NCBI GenBank assembly: GCA_021613535.1 | Contig: CP075494.1 | Span: forward strand, 8,122,001-8,186,000 | Origin: Adineta vaga | Taxonomy: Eukaryota > Animalia > Rotifera | Direction of reading: 5' to 3' | Length of the DNA stretch: 64,000 nucleotides | Shown here: positions 52,232-64,000 of the stretch, piece by piece | Numbering within the stretch: the first letter of the stretch is position 1 | Layout: every line of letters starts with the position of its first letter | Notes under the pieces: model-generated | Database searches by the model: none | Told to the model about the DNA's origin: nothing | The model's input: the letters and a program-made list of their open reading frames with translations, nothing else | Position numbers and translations under genes: made by a program

Positions 52232-53713
52232 GAAGAAACAAAATTTAGTAACTGTTCAATTCGATTTTTCTTTTTTCTAGTTTTTTTAAACGAAAAACGA
52301 TAAAAAATAAAGGTGAAATTCTTGTCGAATGAAGATTAATGTTTTACTAACCTATTCATCATAGGCTGACGTGGAAGAACACAAATATATATTAGATTTT
52401 GATTTTATAGCAGAATCAGTTTAGTCAAAAGATCAAGACAAATAAAATCGTTTTTCTATTGCATTAATATGACATCATTGGAAGTCATAAAATATCAATT
52501 TTCTCGCTTATATTTCGTATTTATGATCTAGAACAAAGCAAAGCCATTTTCTTTTTCAAGGACAAAACTTCATTGACCGAAAGAAAAAAACAAAGAAATT
52601 TCGAACATTAAATTTGTTCATTCCGTGAACAATTATAACGAATCTCATAGAAAAGACGAATCCAGAGGAGATCAAAAGTCGATAAATATGTACCTGTCTA
52701 CTTAACAAACTGTACAATAATGTTAATATATTGAATTGTAGACGCTACTCATCTCATTTCAGTAATGGAAAAGATATATTCTATTCGTATTTCACCGACG
52801 ATCATTATATCTTTCATACTACATAATTTTGCAATCGTTTGGAGAAGTTTCCAAAATATTTTAATGATTCGTACCAAGAAAATGTGTTTATTCACATGAA
52901 ATATCAGAAGTTGTCTGTAAATGATCATTTATTTCATATAATTTGTATTACTCTATTGTTATGATATATTTAGGATGACTCAGTATGAAGATATTGCCGT
53001 TTTAAACGAATTTTTCTACGGTTCATTGCACTGATCAAAGTCTAATTCGCTGCTTATTTTCTTTTCTTTTCTTTCAGTTTAAGGAAAAAACACACACGAC
53101 CGATAGAAATCTGATAAATAGTTAATTAAAATAAGACATTTCTTGATAATACTTAGAAGATGATTTGTTCTTCAGTAGCATGTTTCTTCTTTAGCATTGC
53201 ACAATTCTTTGCAATATTTCACGAACCATTGAATACATGAGACAAGGAGTATTACGGTTGTAGTTTTTGTTAAAGATACTCAATACAAATTAGTTCTTGT
53301 GATCAATAAGAAGCTTTACTATTCAGATATTTTATCTATATTCAGTTTAATTTCATCTCTTATGAAATAAATCAACTTATTTTGCATCGAAAATTATCTT
53401 TGTAATCGAAACTTCCTTTTGATTGCTTGATATTATTAATTAAACACCACTTATCACATAAATGTTTTTTTACTAAGCATAACCTTCAACGTCACTCATT
53501 ACAGAGAGAAAATAATGTAATTATGGCCTTATAGCATTTTTTCTCTCTTAACTAGGATTTTTTTTCTTGATACAATATAATTATTCACTGTCTATGTTTC
53601 TGATACAACCATTTTTCTCTTTCTCTTCTCTGTCCAAATAAATCGACACTCGATCTAGGAGATTATTACTTTGATATTTCACCAGACCACAAGCTAAGAC
53701 TCATTTCGGTTTT

Positions 53714-53737
53714 CTCTCTCTCTCTCTCTCTCTCTCT
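53714..53737. repeat. (CT)n microsatellite
   Basis: About 12 consecutive CT units. Confidence 0.85.
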
Positions 53738-54040
53738 CCTCGTAACTATGTACACTCTTATTTGCCGTCATCTTCGCCCGATTCGATGAAAGCTTACCTA
53801 TTTATGTGTGTTTTTTATCTCTCTCTCAAGGCAAAAAAAACAACATATGTATTAGCAAATATGTTTATCGATGTTCCAGCTGAATGCGCCTCTGTCTTTC
53901 GTTCTTACACATAAGCATCCAATCACATATATCAGTCCTTCTTTAACCGCATTACTATTGATATATCATTATTCAAAAATAAATATATCATAAGAACAAC
54001 ATTCATTATACGTTTATTTCAAAATATATCATAATAAAGA

Positions 54041-54439
54041 ATGTATACGACAACTACTGTTGCTTTTGCTAGACGACCAGGATTTGGTGTTGGTCAACCA
54101 GTCATAACCGTTTTGGTTCCATGGAGTCAACAATTCGGTCAGGCATACCAACAATTTGTTAATGGCGGTTATGGATCTTATGGTGGTGGATTTCCAGCAG
54201 GTGGACTTGGTGGACTTGGTGGTGGTCTACCAATTGGCGGTGGCCTACCAATTGGTGGTGGTCTTCCAATCGGTGGTGGTCTACCAATTGGTGGTGGTCT
54301 TGGTGGTTATGGTACTGGCTTTCCTGCTGCTGGCGGTCTTGGAGGTTATGGTGCTGGTTATCCTGCCGCTGGTGGTCTTGGTGGTTATGGTGGAGGAATC
54401 CAAGGTTATCCAATTGGTTTTGGTGTAACAACATATTAA
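54041..54439 (+). CDS. Glycine-rich low-complexity (structural-like) protein
   Basis: 132 aa ORF with (GGGLPI)x4 and GGYGxGxPAAGGL repeats; repeat units vary at synonymous positions. Confidence 0.85.
   Translation: MYTTTTVAFARRPGFGVGQPVITVLVPWSQQFGQAYQQFVNGGYGSYGGGFPAGGLGGLGGGLPIGGGLPIGGGLPIGGGLPIGGGLGGYGTGFPAAGGLGGYGAGYPAAGGLGGYGGGIQGYPIGFGVTTY
54218..54301 (+). repeat. 18-nt coding tandem repeat (GGGLPI) x4 plus a partial unit
   Basis: ggtggtggtctaccaatt and variants. Confidence 0.85.
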
Positions 54440-54983
54440 ATAAATTAGAATCAATTATATATGAAAAATAATGATATAACATCATTGTTGATTTTTTTTA
54501 TTTTCTTGAACAAAGACAAATCTTTTTCACGCAAGTTGTGCAGATTTCTTTTATTGTTTCTGTTTTCATATTAGTGATAATATCATAATAAAAGGATATG
54601 CACTTGCTCTCAGTTAAATGTGCCTAATACGTTCTTGATCAAACGATAAAATCATTCATTCAATGATATTTTAGTAAAAAGATAGTATATCATATAAATG
54701 TAGAGAACTATATGATTTCTGTGGGATGAAATTGATCTCGTCATAGACGTCATTGTAATGAAACTGACAGATATTTATTCTTCTTTCTTCTCAAACGTGA
54801 CTTCACATGAGATAATATTCCATGATAAAGAGTGACAATAAAAGCTTAATGAAAAAAGAAAAGAAACCTGTATGTTATTGATCATCATGAACGTGATCAT
54901 TAGAAGTTGACGTCAAAGAGTAATTCTTTTTTTTTTGCTTTATATATAACAATTTTCCTTGCACTATTCTATATCAAACTATC

Positions 54984-55366
54984 ATGAGAACAAATTGTAT
55001 TCTTCTATTGTTCACGCTTTTTTTCACAGTTTTACAATACACAAATTGTTATCGTAAGTACTAGGTTGTTCTATGAATACCATATTGATTTATTTTGGCT
55101 TTTTAGCACGAGGAATCTTCTTCTATGAAGATGATGAACTTGACGATATTGATGAAAATCGTATGGAGAATTTCAGACCGTTTGTAGTTGATGACCCAAA
55201 TAAAGATAAACAGAAAATGCTTGATGCACTTGAACTTATTTCTAAATCATCGGAAGAATCAGACAGTGACAGTGATGAACAAGAAAGTCACGAAAAAGAA
55301 ACGGTCTTATCAAATTACATCGATATCCAACAACAGAAAATATTAGACGATAGTGACGAAAACTAA
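54984..55366 (+). CDS. Small secreted acidic protein / possible peptide precursor, 2 exons
   Basis: Signal MRTNCILLLFTLFFTVLQYTNC, intron GTAAGT..TTTTAG, then RGIFFYEDDELDDIDE...SSEESDSDSDEQES. Confidence 0.7.
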
Positions 55367-55548
55367 GTCGTAGTTTTTTATTGCTTGTGTTATTAAATTA
55401 TATTGCTTACTGGACTGTGTTTTAAAAATAAAAAGAAGCATCGTACGGTTGTTTTTTGTTTCAATGATAAAGCTAATTACAAGAAATTTTTATGATGAAT
55501 AGAATTGAACATTGAGAATTGAAATTTAAGCATACGAAGAAAAGATTC

Positions 55549-55630
55549 GACGAGGTGGCCGAGCGGTTAAGGCGTTAGACTGCTAATCTAATGGGCTCTG
55601 CCCGCGTGAGTTCGAATCTCACCCTCGTCG
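55549..55630 (+). tRNA. tRNA-Ser(GCT) copy 1
   Basis: 82-nt cloverleaf GACGAGG..CCTCGTC-G, anticodon loop CT-GCT-AA, long variable arm, TTCGAAT, T-run terminator. Confidence 0.97.
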
Positions 55631-55999
55631 CCATTCTTTTTTTTTCAAAAAATTGTTCCCAATTAAAAATAAATTCATGACAAATATGATACAAGACATA
55701 TGCAATCAATTTCTGATTTACAGAAAAGAGATCTTACTTTTACTCTTTTGATTGACTTAAATTATTTTGAATTAATCAATCCTTAACGTACTTTAGAAGC
55801 AACATAAATCCATTCATGTAAACGTATACTGTGAACTAGTTTCTATTAGATGGCTGTATTTTTTTATGTGATATTATTCATCAACGATATCTGCAAGTTT
55901 TTATATGAAAAACAAACATGAATTTATCAGAGAAATATTGGTATAACGATAATCATAAAGTTAACTAATTTATTATATCATTTTTTGACAACTCATTTC

Positions 56000-56081
56000 G
56001 ACGAGATGGCCGAGCGGTTAAGGCGTTAGACTGCTAATCTAATGGGCTCTGCCCGCGTGAGTTCAAATCTCACTCTCGTCG
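56000..56081 (+). tRNA. tRNA-Ser(GCT) copy 2
   Basis: Same cloverleaf with a compensatory A-T pair at position 7/66 and T-loop TTCAAAT; T-run terminator. Confidence 0.93.
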
Positions 56082-56626
56082 CCATTTTTTTCCAATTTTT
56101 TATTCTGTATAATTGTAAGCATATGACACGTTGCATGCTGTCACAGTCAGTATCAATAGGATGATTTCGTCATTTAACTGATGCTCTTTTTTGTGAGATA
56201 GATTCTATTGTTAAGCAACATATGTGCTTCACCACACAATACTTTAGGTATGAAATAGAACTGAATCGTTTGACTATTTGGGGTATCAAGATCAACTCAA
56301 CTAAAAGTTTAATATAGATCGTTAAATCATTTTTCGAGGCAGAAAAATTCAAATTAATCTTTCTCTTCTCGTCTCATTTTATTCTCGTTAAAATGTACGT
56401 CAGAATATAGCACGTCTAAGACGAAGAGAAATGTTCTTCATTCTTTATGATATCAGTAATAATATACAAAAAAAAACACGTTACATGGGTCAATTTAACA
56501 GAAATCAATCTTATCTCATGTGATGTCTTGATTTTTATTTATTCTTTTTTCTCTCTCGTCCTGTGTATATGTATATATAGAGATAATCGTTGATGATCTG
56601 TATTCATTCTCCTATTACAAGAAATC

Positions 56627-57226
56627 ATGCATATACTTTCAATTGTTCTAATTGTTTACGGAACTTTGGATATTATTTCATCATCAACTATCGATTATGA
56701 TTTAATCGAGATTAGTAATCTGAAACAAGATTTTATAAAATATTCACCGGAAATAATTCGTCGTGTCACTCAAGCTACATGCGATATGATAACCCAATGT
56801 TGTCCTAAAAAACAATCAAAATTAGTTTCCATGGCTTTGGCAGGTAATACAAATGCCTTTGCCGATGAATGTTTCGATGGCCAAACGACAGCAAATGTTC
56901 TTGCAAACTTGATTTCATGTTCACCATTCGTCCAAATATCCACAATGGTTACAGATTCGGATTTTTTGGAATATATAAACTTCATTCGAAAAAATTTCGT
57001 GGTCGATAAAGAAGAAACTCAACTAATTCTTGATCTTTGTACTGAACAAGAAATGTATTCAATGATTTGTGATTTGAATCAAACCAATGAACAAGATACT
57101 TGTCAACTTAAAATACTGAAAAAATGGCTAGAAAACGGTGAAGGCATTTATGCTAAGAAAGTTCAACAAACAAAGGATCAATATATAAAACTTATTGATG
57201 CATTAAAAAAGACTTTCAATCATTAG
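56627..57226 (+). CDS. Secreted Cys-containing helical protein, unknown family, intronless
   Basis: Signal-like N-terminus, C-x4-CC..C..C..C..C..C pattern, 199 aa. Confidence 0.75.
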   Translation: MHILSIVLIVYGTLDIISSSTIDYDLIEISNLKQDFIKYSPEIIRRVTQATCDMITQCCPKKQSKLVSMALAGNTNAFADECFDGQTTANVLANLISCSPFVQISTMVTDSDFLEYINFIRKNFVVDKEETQLILDLCTEQEMYSMICDLNQTNEQDTCQLKILKKWLENGEGIYAKKVQQTKDQYIKLIDALKKTFNH

Positions 57227-57651
57227 TCGATGTGTTATTACATTGTAGCGTTAGTTCGGTTTTTCATTGTTGTTGTGTGTTATATAACTGTTCGAAATAA
57301 ATAGATTGTTTTAGAAGATAATGAAAAACGTTTGATAATCATTCTAATAAGGCCAACTGTTACACTTGGATAGATATAATACATTAATTACATACGTGAT
57401 TTCAGATTTTGAGTCTGTTGAAAGACAAAAAAATGATGATTAGTTTTTCACGATAAAGCATGTACGTAATCTCTTCACTATTTATGATCTTTGTTCATAC
57501 GTGATTCTTCTTTCTGACTTCATGATAAAAAATATCGTTTCTTCCGAAGTATATTTCTTATATTAAACGTATAACAAAATACATTTGCAAATATCTGTTT
57601 TTTTGAACAGAAAAAAAAACGAAAAATCTTGAAGATAAGCAAAGTGTTTTC

Positions 57652-59097
57652 TCATCCATATAATGAGTTATTATTTGTTGTTACACGTGCCATAATAACA
57701 AGAATATCATCCGGTTTAACATAATATCGAACAGCATACGTTACTAAGTCATTAGCTGCTTGTTTTAGTGAATTCGTCTATAAAATGATACTAAAATAAA
57801 ATGAACCGAAGAAAAAAAAGAATGTGACTAACTCGAGCAAGAATTTGTTCGATTTGAAAATCGGAAACATTATCGAAAAGACCATCGGTCGATAGAATAA
57901 TAATATCATTCAACTCCAAATCAAATGATTGACAAATAGCATCAAAAACTCTAAAATAAAATCGAGATGTCATAAATAATTTTATCTCATGTCAATCATA
58001 ATCATCGATCATTATGAAAAACTAATTACTCTGATCTCCAATAGAAAGAAAATAAAAAATATTTTTTTCTTATTATCAGATAGACAAGGTTAAACGAGAA
58101 AATTTTTTCTTTAGAACACGTACGATATTTGCGTGTAATTGAGACCTTGTCCTTTCAATGCAGCAGTCCATGGATAAACATCTAATTGTCTTGGACAATC
58201 ACCATTCATTTCTTGCGATTTTGATCGATAAATAACAAAGCCTTGTCGAACAATAACATAACCTGAATCACCAATATTGACTGAATGAAGTTGTCCAGTA
58301 CGACCGTCAATACCCAAAACACATGCCGTTGCACTACCTTTGAGAACACAAAGTTTTTCATAGATTATTTTAAGCGAAGGAATTCATCAAAAATAAAGCA
58401 TACCAAAACAATTTTCCGTTTGGACACGATCAAAAGCATGACTGAGAAGACGTTTCGGTTCGGTAATCGAATAGTTTCCTGTAAGTGCTAATTTAGAACA
58501 ATGACGCATTAATGCTTCCGAAAAAAGACGTGGATCATAACCATACATTAAATTTCCACCAGCACCATCAGAAATTCCTAGAGAAAAAAAAAGAAACTAA
58601 TACATTTTGAATCGTTGTATTTTACCAATAAAATTCTGATGATTTCGTTGCATTGTAAAGCCAGCATCATCACCAAATATTCCATTGGTTAACGAGAAAT
58701 TCTCATGAGGAACTGGAAGTTTAGTATTCTTTTGTACACCACACGTAGCAATTTCTAAAGCAAATGTGTCAGCATACTCAGCTGGGTCCGATTTTGTTGG
58801 TTCATCATAGACATGTTTCGTGGCGTGTGAATGATGATGATGATGGTGATGATGATGCCGATGATGATAACGATAGTTATCATTGAGAGGTTCAGACATA
58901 TCTTCTATGATTCTGTTAACATAAAAATCTAGAGATATACCGTCTTGATCATTTCGTTCAATATTTGTTAAGTCTGAAAGCGATCGACTTTGTTCTTTCA
59001 GATATGATTTCAAATTTTTCATATCAACATCAGATAATGTATAAAAATATTTATCGATGTATGTTGGTTTCAACTGATTATAACTAAGGCCATTCAT
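57652..59097 (-). CDS. PPTC7: PTC7-type PP2C protein phosphatase with long N-terminal extension, multi-exon
   Basis: FGDDAGF, GISDGAGG, GSATAC, VNIGDSGY, ILSTDGLFDNV, KPDDILV. Confidence 0.85.
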
Positions 59098-59534
59098 GAT
59101 TAATAAGCGATTGATTTGAGCAACCTTTTTCTTATTTAATAATGCGATACGTCCTTCACATTCAGTATACTATCATGTATATATATATATATGTATATAA
59201 TAAACTGTTTTTGCACTTGATTTACTTAGATAAATGATACTTACATAGGTTGATATAAACGACTTGTTTAATTCAAAAGAATGAGAAACAAAAAGTAAAG
59301 ACAAGAGAAGATAGATACACTATGGAACTATTCGAGCGAAACAATCAATAATTACTAAGTTGTTTCTCACTTTTCATAAGGCTCTTTTTTTTGTTCTCTT
59401 TTTCTGTTTACTATTCATTGATTTTTTTTACCAGACAAAATAGAAGACAGACAAGGACGTACTTTCAATTGACAATGATTCGTTCAGACAGAAAGAAAAG
59501 CCCGAATAATTGATTTAATGATACGTAATTTTTA

Positions 59535-62500
59535 TTATAACGAAGTAGTCTTTAACCAAGTACAATGATCATTATGACAAGTCATCCACATTGATTGTTG
59601 ACAAAGAGGACACGTTTCTTGTAATGATCTATCAAAAGAAAAGTGATTAGTTTAAATTATTAATAGGAAATTAAAAAAAGGTTAAGTTTTATTTTGATGG
59701 TAAAGAATTTCTATCAAGAATTTTGATTATACATAAATAATTAGCGACTTTAATCAATAATCGATTATGAATAATTCCAATAAATGGTTTGACATCTTTA
59801 TGAATGAATAATTTCACTATTTCTTTACCATTCGATATTTCATACATTCGTAATAATTGATCATGACAAATAACAAAGAGATATTCTTCAGAATTCTCAT
59901 TTCGAATACATAAATCTAAAATTTCATTATCTATTTGTATATTTTGACGAACTTGTTTGTGAAGATCATAGATAATAATTGTTTTCTTGTTCGTACTAAT
60001 GAAAATTAATCGCTTATTTTTTATCAATGAACGTTCAGTCGATTCGAATTGTACCATTGGTTTGGTTTCATTCCACCAAAGAAATGTTTGATCGTCTTCA
60101 GTACGAAAGATAACATAATCACAAACGGAATGCATTTCAATAATTTTAACTGAATGAAAAGGAATCGATGGAATAATTTTCATTTGTTGATTGTTAACAT
60201 TAAATTCGACGAGAGATTTTTGATCTTTTGATAAAGCAAACAGTCGATTATCAGATGTAAATGTAGTTAAACAACATTCAATTGGAAGTTGTTGAAGACT
60301 AAGCATTTTGAATGAAATTGTATCGATATGAAAGATTTGTTTCGTTTGTAAACAAATCAAAAGAAACGATGATTGTAAAGAATGAACTTGTAATATTCGG
60401 TGTTCAAATTCATTGCTTGTCCATAATAATTTAGTAGATTTTAATGAATAGATTGATACAATATTCTTTCGATTAATGAATAAAATATGCGATGAATTTG
60501 GAGTAAAATAATATTGTTTAATCGCATGAACTGAAAGATGTAAATCGAATGTATTCGTTGTTTCATTCAATGTTAAAATTTTAAAATAACTAAAACAATT
60601 CTTTGAAAAAATAAACAAACAAATTTTCATTTGAACTTACTGCTCATTGTCTGTAAATGTTAAATATTTATCGAAATAAATATTTGGTATTTGATGAACT
60701 GTGAACGATGGAACACGAGATATCGATTGCGAAAGATAAGTTAACATTGTTGCATTGTATTTGTAGATACTATTCGAATTCGTACAGTAGAGAGCAATAC
60801 CATCGTACCAACCTATATTCAACTGGATCATTTGTTGAAAGTAGATTAAATGGTTTGAAAAGTTTTTCATCATATATCGGATGACAGATCAACAAAGATG
60901 TTCGTGTTAACCATGCAATGGATTCACTTTGTGAAAGATAAAAAACTGCTATTGGTACACAGAGAAAATCAATATTGTCAATCATTTGGTTGCTTTGATT
61001 TTCATGAGAAATAAGTAAGATTGCTTTGGAAGATTGAAATGAATAGTAAAATTCCGCATGATTGTTTAATAAAATTTGATAAGTATAATTTTGAATCTTT
61101 TCATTTACTATTCGATGTAATTGAAAATGATAATCTTGATCGATTGTTAAATGAAATAAACTTTCATTTCGTTTTAATATTACTTTAATAATTGATTTTC
61201 GGTAGATACAATTGTCAATACTATTATCAGGAAAATCATAAGCTGATACGAGAAGATTTTTTGAACAATTCCATATTTCTAATGAATCATTTGTGGATGA
61301 GATTATAAGAATATGTTCATCGTCAATAAACGATACGAGTTTTCCGCATGGCATTTGCATTATCATTTGTTTCTCTTGATAATTTAATGTTATCATAGAT
61401 AAATTCGATGAAAGACAACATACATATAGATATCGACATAGAAATGAAATTAATCGTTCTTTTCCTCTTCGTTTCTTATATGATATGTCGAAATAACCTG
61501 TTCTTAATAAACCATAATAACCATGAGAATAAATATATAATTGATCATTTGAAGTTAAAACAAATAGACGATGTTGATCAATATTTAAACATGTAATATC
61601 TGATAGGAAATGTTCAACGAGAGATTGTTGTCGTTCATTATCAGTTAATAATTGTAATGGACAATGATTAATACATTCAACAAGTAAATTATAGGTTAAC
61701 TCGGGTAATTGATCGATAAATGGATAGAAATGATAGATTAATTCAAATGGTAAATTTGTTGGATATTGATTAAGTATTGTTAAAGATGATTCATATTGTT
61801 TTAAAAGAAATCGTAATTCACCTTCGGGATCAATAGCACCAATAGAAAATTCATAGAGAAGATCTGACATTTGAAATTCTCGACAAAGAAGATATGTTAG
61901 AAGAAAATCATAATTAAAAATTGTTGACGAATGAGCAAAATCATAACGATTAAGATTAATACATAATTGATGAAGACGTCGAAGATTATATTGTTGATGA
62001 TGAGATTGTTGTAAAGGTTTTTGTTCAGTTAAACAACGATTAACAGATATGATTGTTGATGGTAAATTGTATTTTTTGATTAATTTTGATGAATAACTCA
62101 TATCAAATGTTGAATTATATTGATTAGAAAAATATGTGAGACGATTCTTTTCTAAAATTACTTTTTCCTGATTATCAACTATCAATTGTTTAACATCCAT
62201 CGGTTGATAATATTGAAAACTTCGATGATAACTGCAACGATTAACATACAAATCATTGTTATAATTCAGATTTTTAAATTTTAATTTAACTTACAAATAA
62301 ATACATGGAACATCATCAATATCTTTTTCCACTAAATACTTATGCATATCATTTCGTATACGAATCCAAAGATTCGATGGTAAACGAAATAAACTCATTG
62401 GTGGTAAATAATGAACAAAAACGGCTTGTAAAACTTCATCATCTAGCAAAAGAATATCTTCTATTTCAAGTTCACTTAATCCACCAGATAATTGAATATA

Positions 62501-64000
62501 ACGCATCGAACGTCGAAATAAAATTTGACCATGTTTTATACCTAGTTGATTGTATAAATATCAAATGGCATCACGTGTAGTTTTAATTGAGAGAAATGCT
62601 TTATCAGGTATTTCATTATATGAATGCCATGTTAATGTTTGATCATAAAGTAAAGAAATCAATAGTGGAGAGATATGATGACGTATGGAAAATTTCGGTT
62701 TTAACCAGTCATATTGAATTGTTGTTAGAAAACGTCGATCTTTCTCTAACCATGATTGAAAAACTTGTTGAGCAATATGTTCATCAAATGGTTTTATTTC
62801 AATTTCAGTGAATTGATTTTTATAGATTGTTTTCAATTGATCATAAATTTGATAAGCTGTTCTTTCGATTTCAATTTCATCAATCGTTTCCAAATGATAA
62901 AGTGAACAGATTTGTTCGATTATGGATATTAATGGACGACGAATATCACTTGAAGATGGAATAGCACCCAAAAAACGAATTATTATAGAGACAGAATTTG
63001 ATTGGGAATACCATTTAGGAATCTACAAAAACATACTAATGATTAGTTCTGGTAAAACACGATTATGTCTTACTTCATTCACAAGTTTTGCCATAATTGA
63101 TGATTTTCCTGTTCCAGATTGTCCAACTAAAATACAAGACCCATGCTCTGTAGTTGTAATATATTCTTTAACCTATAGATGAGTATGAATGGATTTCGTC
63201 TTATATAAAATCATTCAATACTACTTGATCAAAGATTTCTGATCGAGGAAAGAATCGTTGAACTAATAAATTTGATTGAATCGCGTGTTCTAACACTTGA
63301 TTGTATAATTTATCCTCTCGTTTATGTTCATGAATTTTCATATGAAAATCAATTTGTATTTTAAGTGCTTGATAAAATCCTCGAAGAACTGATTCAGATA
63401 TTTCGCTCTACTAATATCATCTTTCCACTGTACCTAAGAAAAATCACTGAAGAATGTTATGGTGGATATGAAACCATGTGACAGACTTGATACGAATAAA
63501 TATCTGATGGATCCAATGACTGATGAAGTAAATTTTTAATATCATTTAATAATTGTTGTGTTTCAGTGATATTTTCTGTCTCTGGAAATTTAGAATCAAG
63601 TTTTTCAAGATCATTTATTTCACGAAAAAAACAAATCATTCGTCGAACTTTATCTTTATTATTTTTCAAAGCTCGATATATTTCTTGTGCCGTCACTAGA
63701 ATTGAAAATATGATCATGTTTGTTTCCTCTCTCTCTGCGAAAATCTTTACCTGAGATATGAAATTCATCTCGTTCATTTTTGGAAATCAATTTTTGTTCG
63801 TAACAAAGATCTGCTGCTTTTCGTAAGATATTTTGTAATTTCTTTTCTGATTCATTCCATTCTTGTTGATCTTCAATTGATCGAAGAAAATATCGTTTAT
63901 CAACATAATTCTCATCTAATTGATACATTTGCGATAGAAGATTTTTCTCTTCGACATTCGATAAAAGACATTGTTCAAACGATTGAAATATATAAGAAGG
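59535..64000 (-). pseudogene. NACHT and WD-repeat (NWD1/NWD2-like) STAND NTPase, 5'-truncated by window edge, with several lesions
   Basis: SVTAQEIYRAL, Walker A GQSGTGKSS, GLSELEIEDILLLDDEVL..LPP..RLPSNLWIRIRNDM; in-frame TGA at 62563-62561, no Walker B segment, frame break near 60810. Confidence 0.75.

Noticed and set aside
54156-54485. Overlapping alternative-frame and antisense ORFs (Val-rich; His/Gln-rich)
   Set aside because: Shadows of GGT-rich repetitive coding sequence
60585-60640. Apparent extra frameshift in the NWD gene
   Set aside because: Using the downstream TTTTAG acceptor restores the frame (DNEH-YFKIL)
62561-62563. In-frame TGA as selenocysteine, readthrough or alternative genetic code
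   Set aside because: TGA is a normal stop in other genes here (e.g. 7574-7576, 16945-16947), the position is not a Cys-like catalytic site, and the same gene has other lesions
1-64000. Prokaryotic systems (CRISPR, operons, prophage)
   Set aside because: Sequence is clearly intron-containing eukaryotic DNA; no repeat-spacer arrays seen

Overview
AT-rich, gene-dense eukaryotic (metazoan) DNA with many ~48-60 nt GT-AG introns. The style (tiny introns, conserved animal genes interleaved with intron-poor genes resembling bacterial, fungal or plant families) suggests a bdelloid rotifer; this is inferred from memory of such genomes, not from a search. About 28 protein genes can be supported. Recognisable animal genes: glucosylceramide synthase, YIF1, a NET1/ARHGEF3-like RhoGEF, IQCH, synaptotagmin-1, a discoidin protein, a VASt protein, a histamine-H1-like GPCR, MAIP1, a cytoplasmic intermediate filament, a ZnT/CDF transporter, PTC7 phosphatase and a damaged NACHT-WD (NWD-like) gene. 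There are also two tRNA-Ser(GCT) genes and one degenerate tRNA inside an intron. Most notable observations: (i) a secreted YbaY-like domain fused to a potato-inhibitor-I protease inhibitor, with a 1-nt frameshift, lying tail-to-tail with a knottin pre-pro-peptide gene; (ii) a 10-Cys WAP-like secreted peptide missed by the ORF track; (iii) a GPCR with two alternative first exons, each encoding its own N-terminus and TM1; (iv) several horizontal-transfer candidates, including a fungal-type PAP2 tandem pair with a gene-conversion tract, a plant-type membrane protein and a bacterial-type SGNH hydrolase with signal peptide and GPI-like tail; (v) a CDF transporter lacking the canonical metal ligands. 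No CRISPR array or recognisable transposon was seen. All family assignments come from motif recognition by eye.
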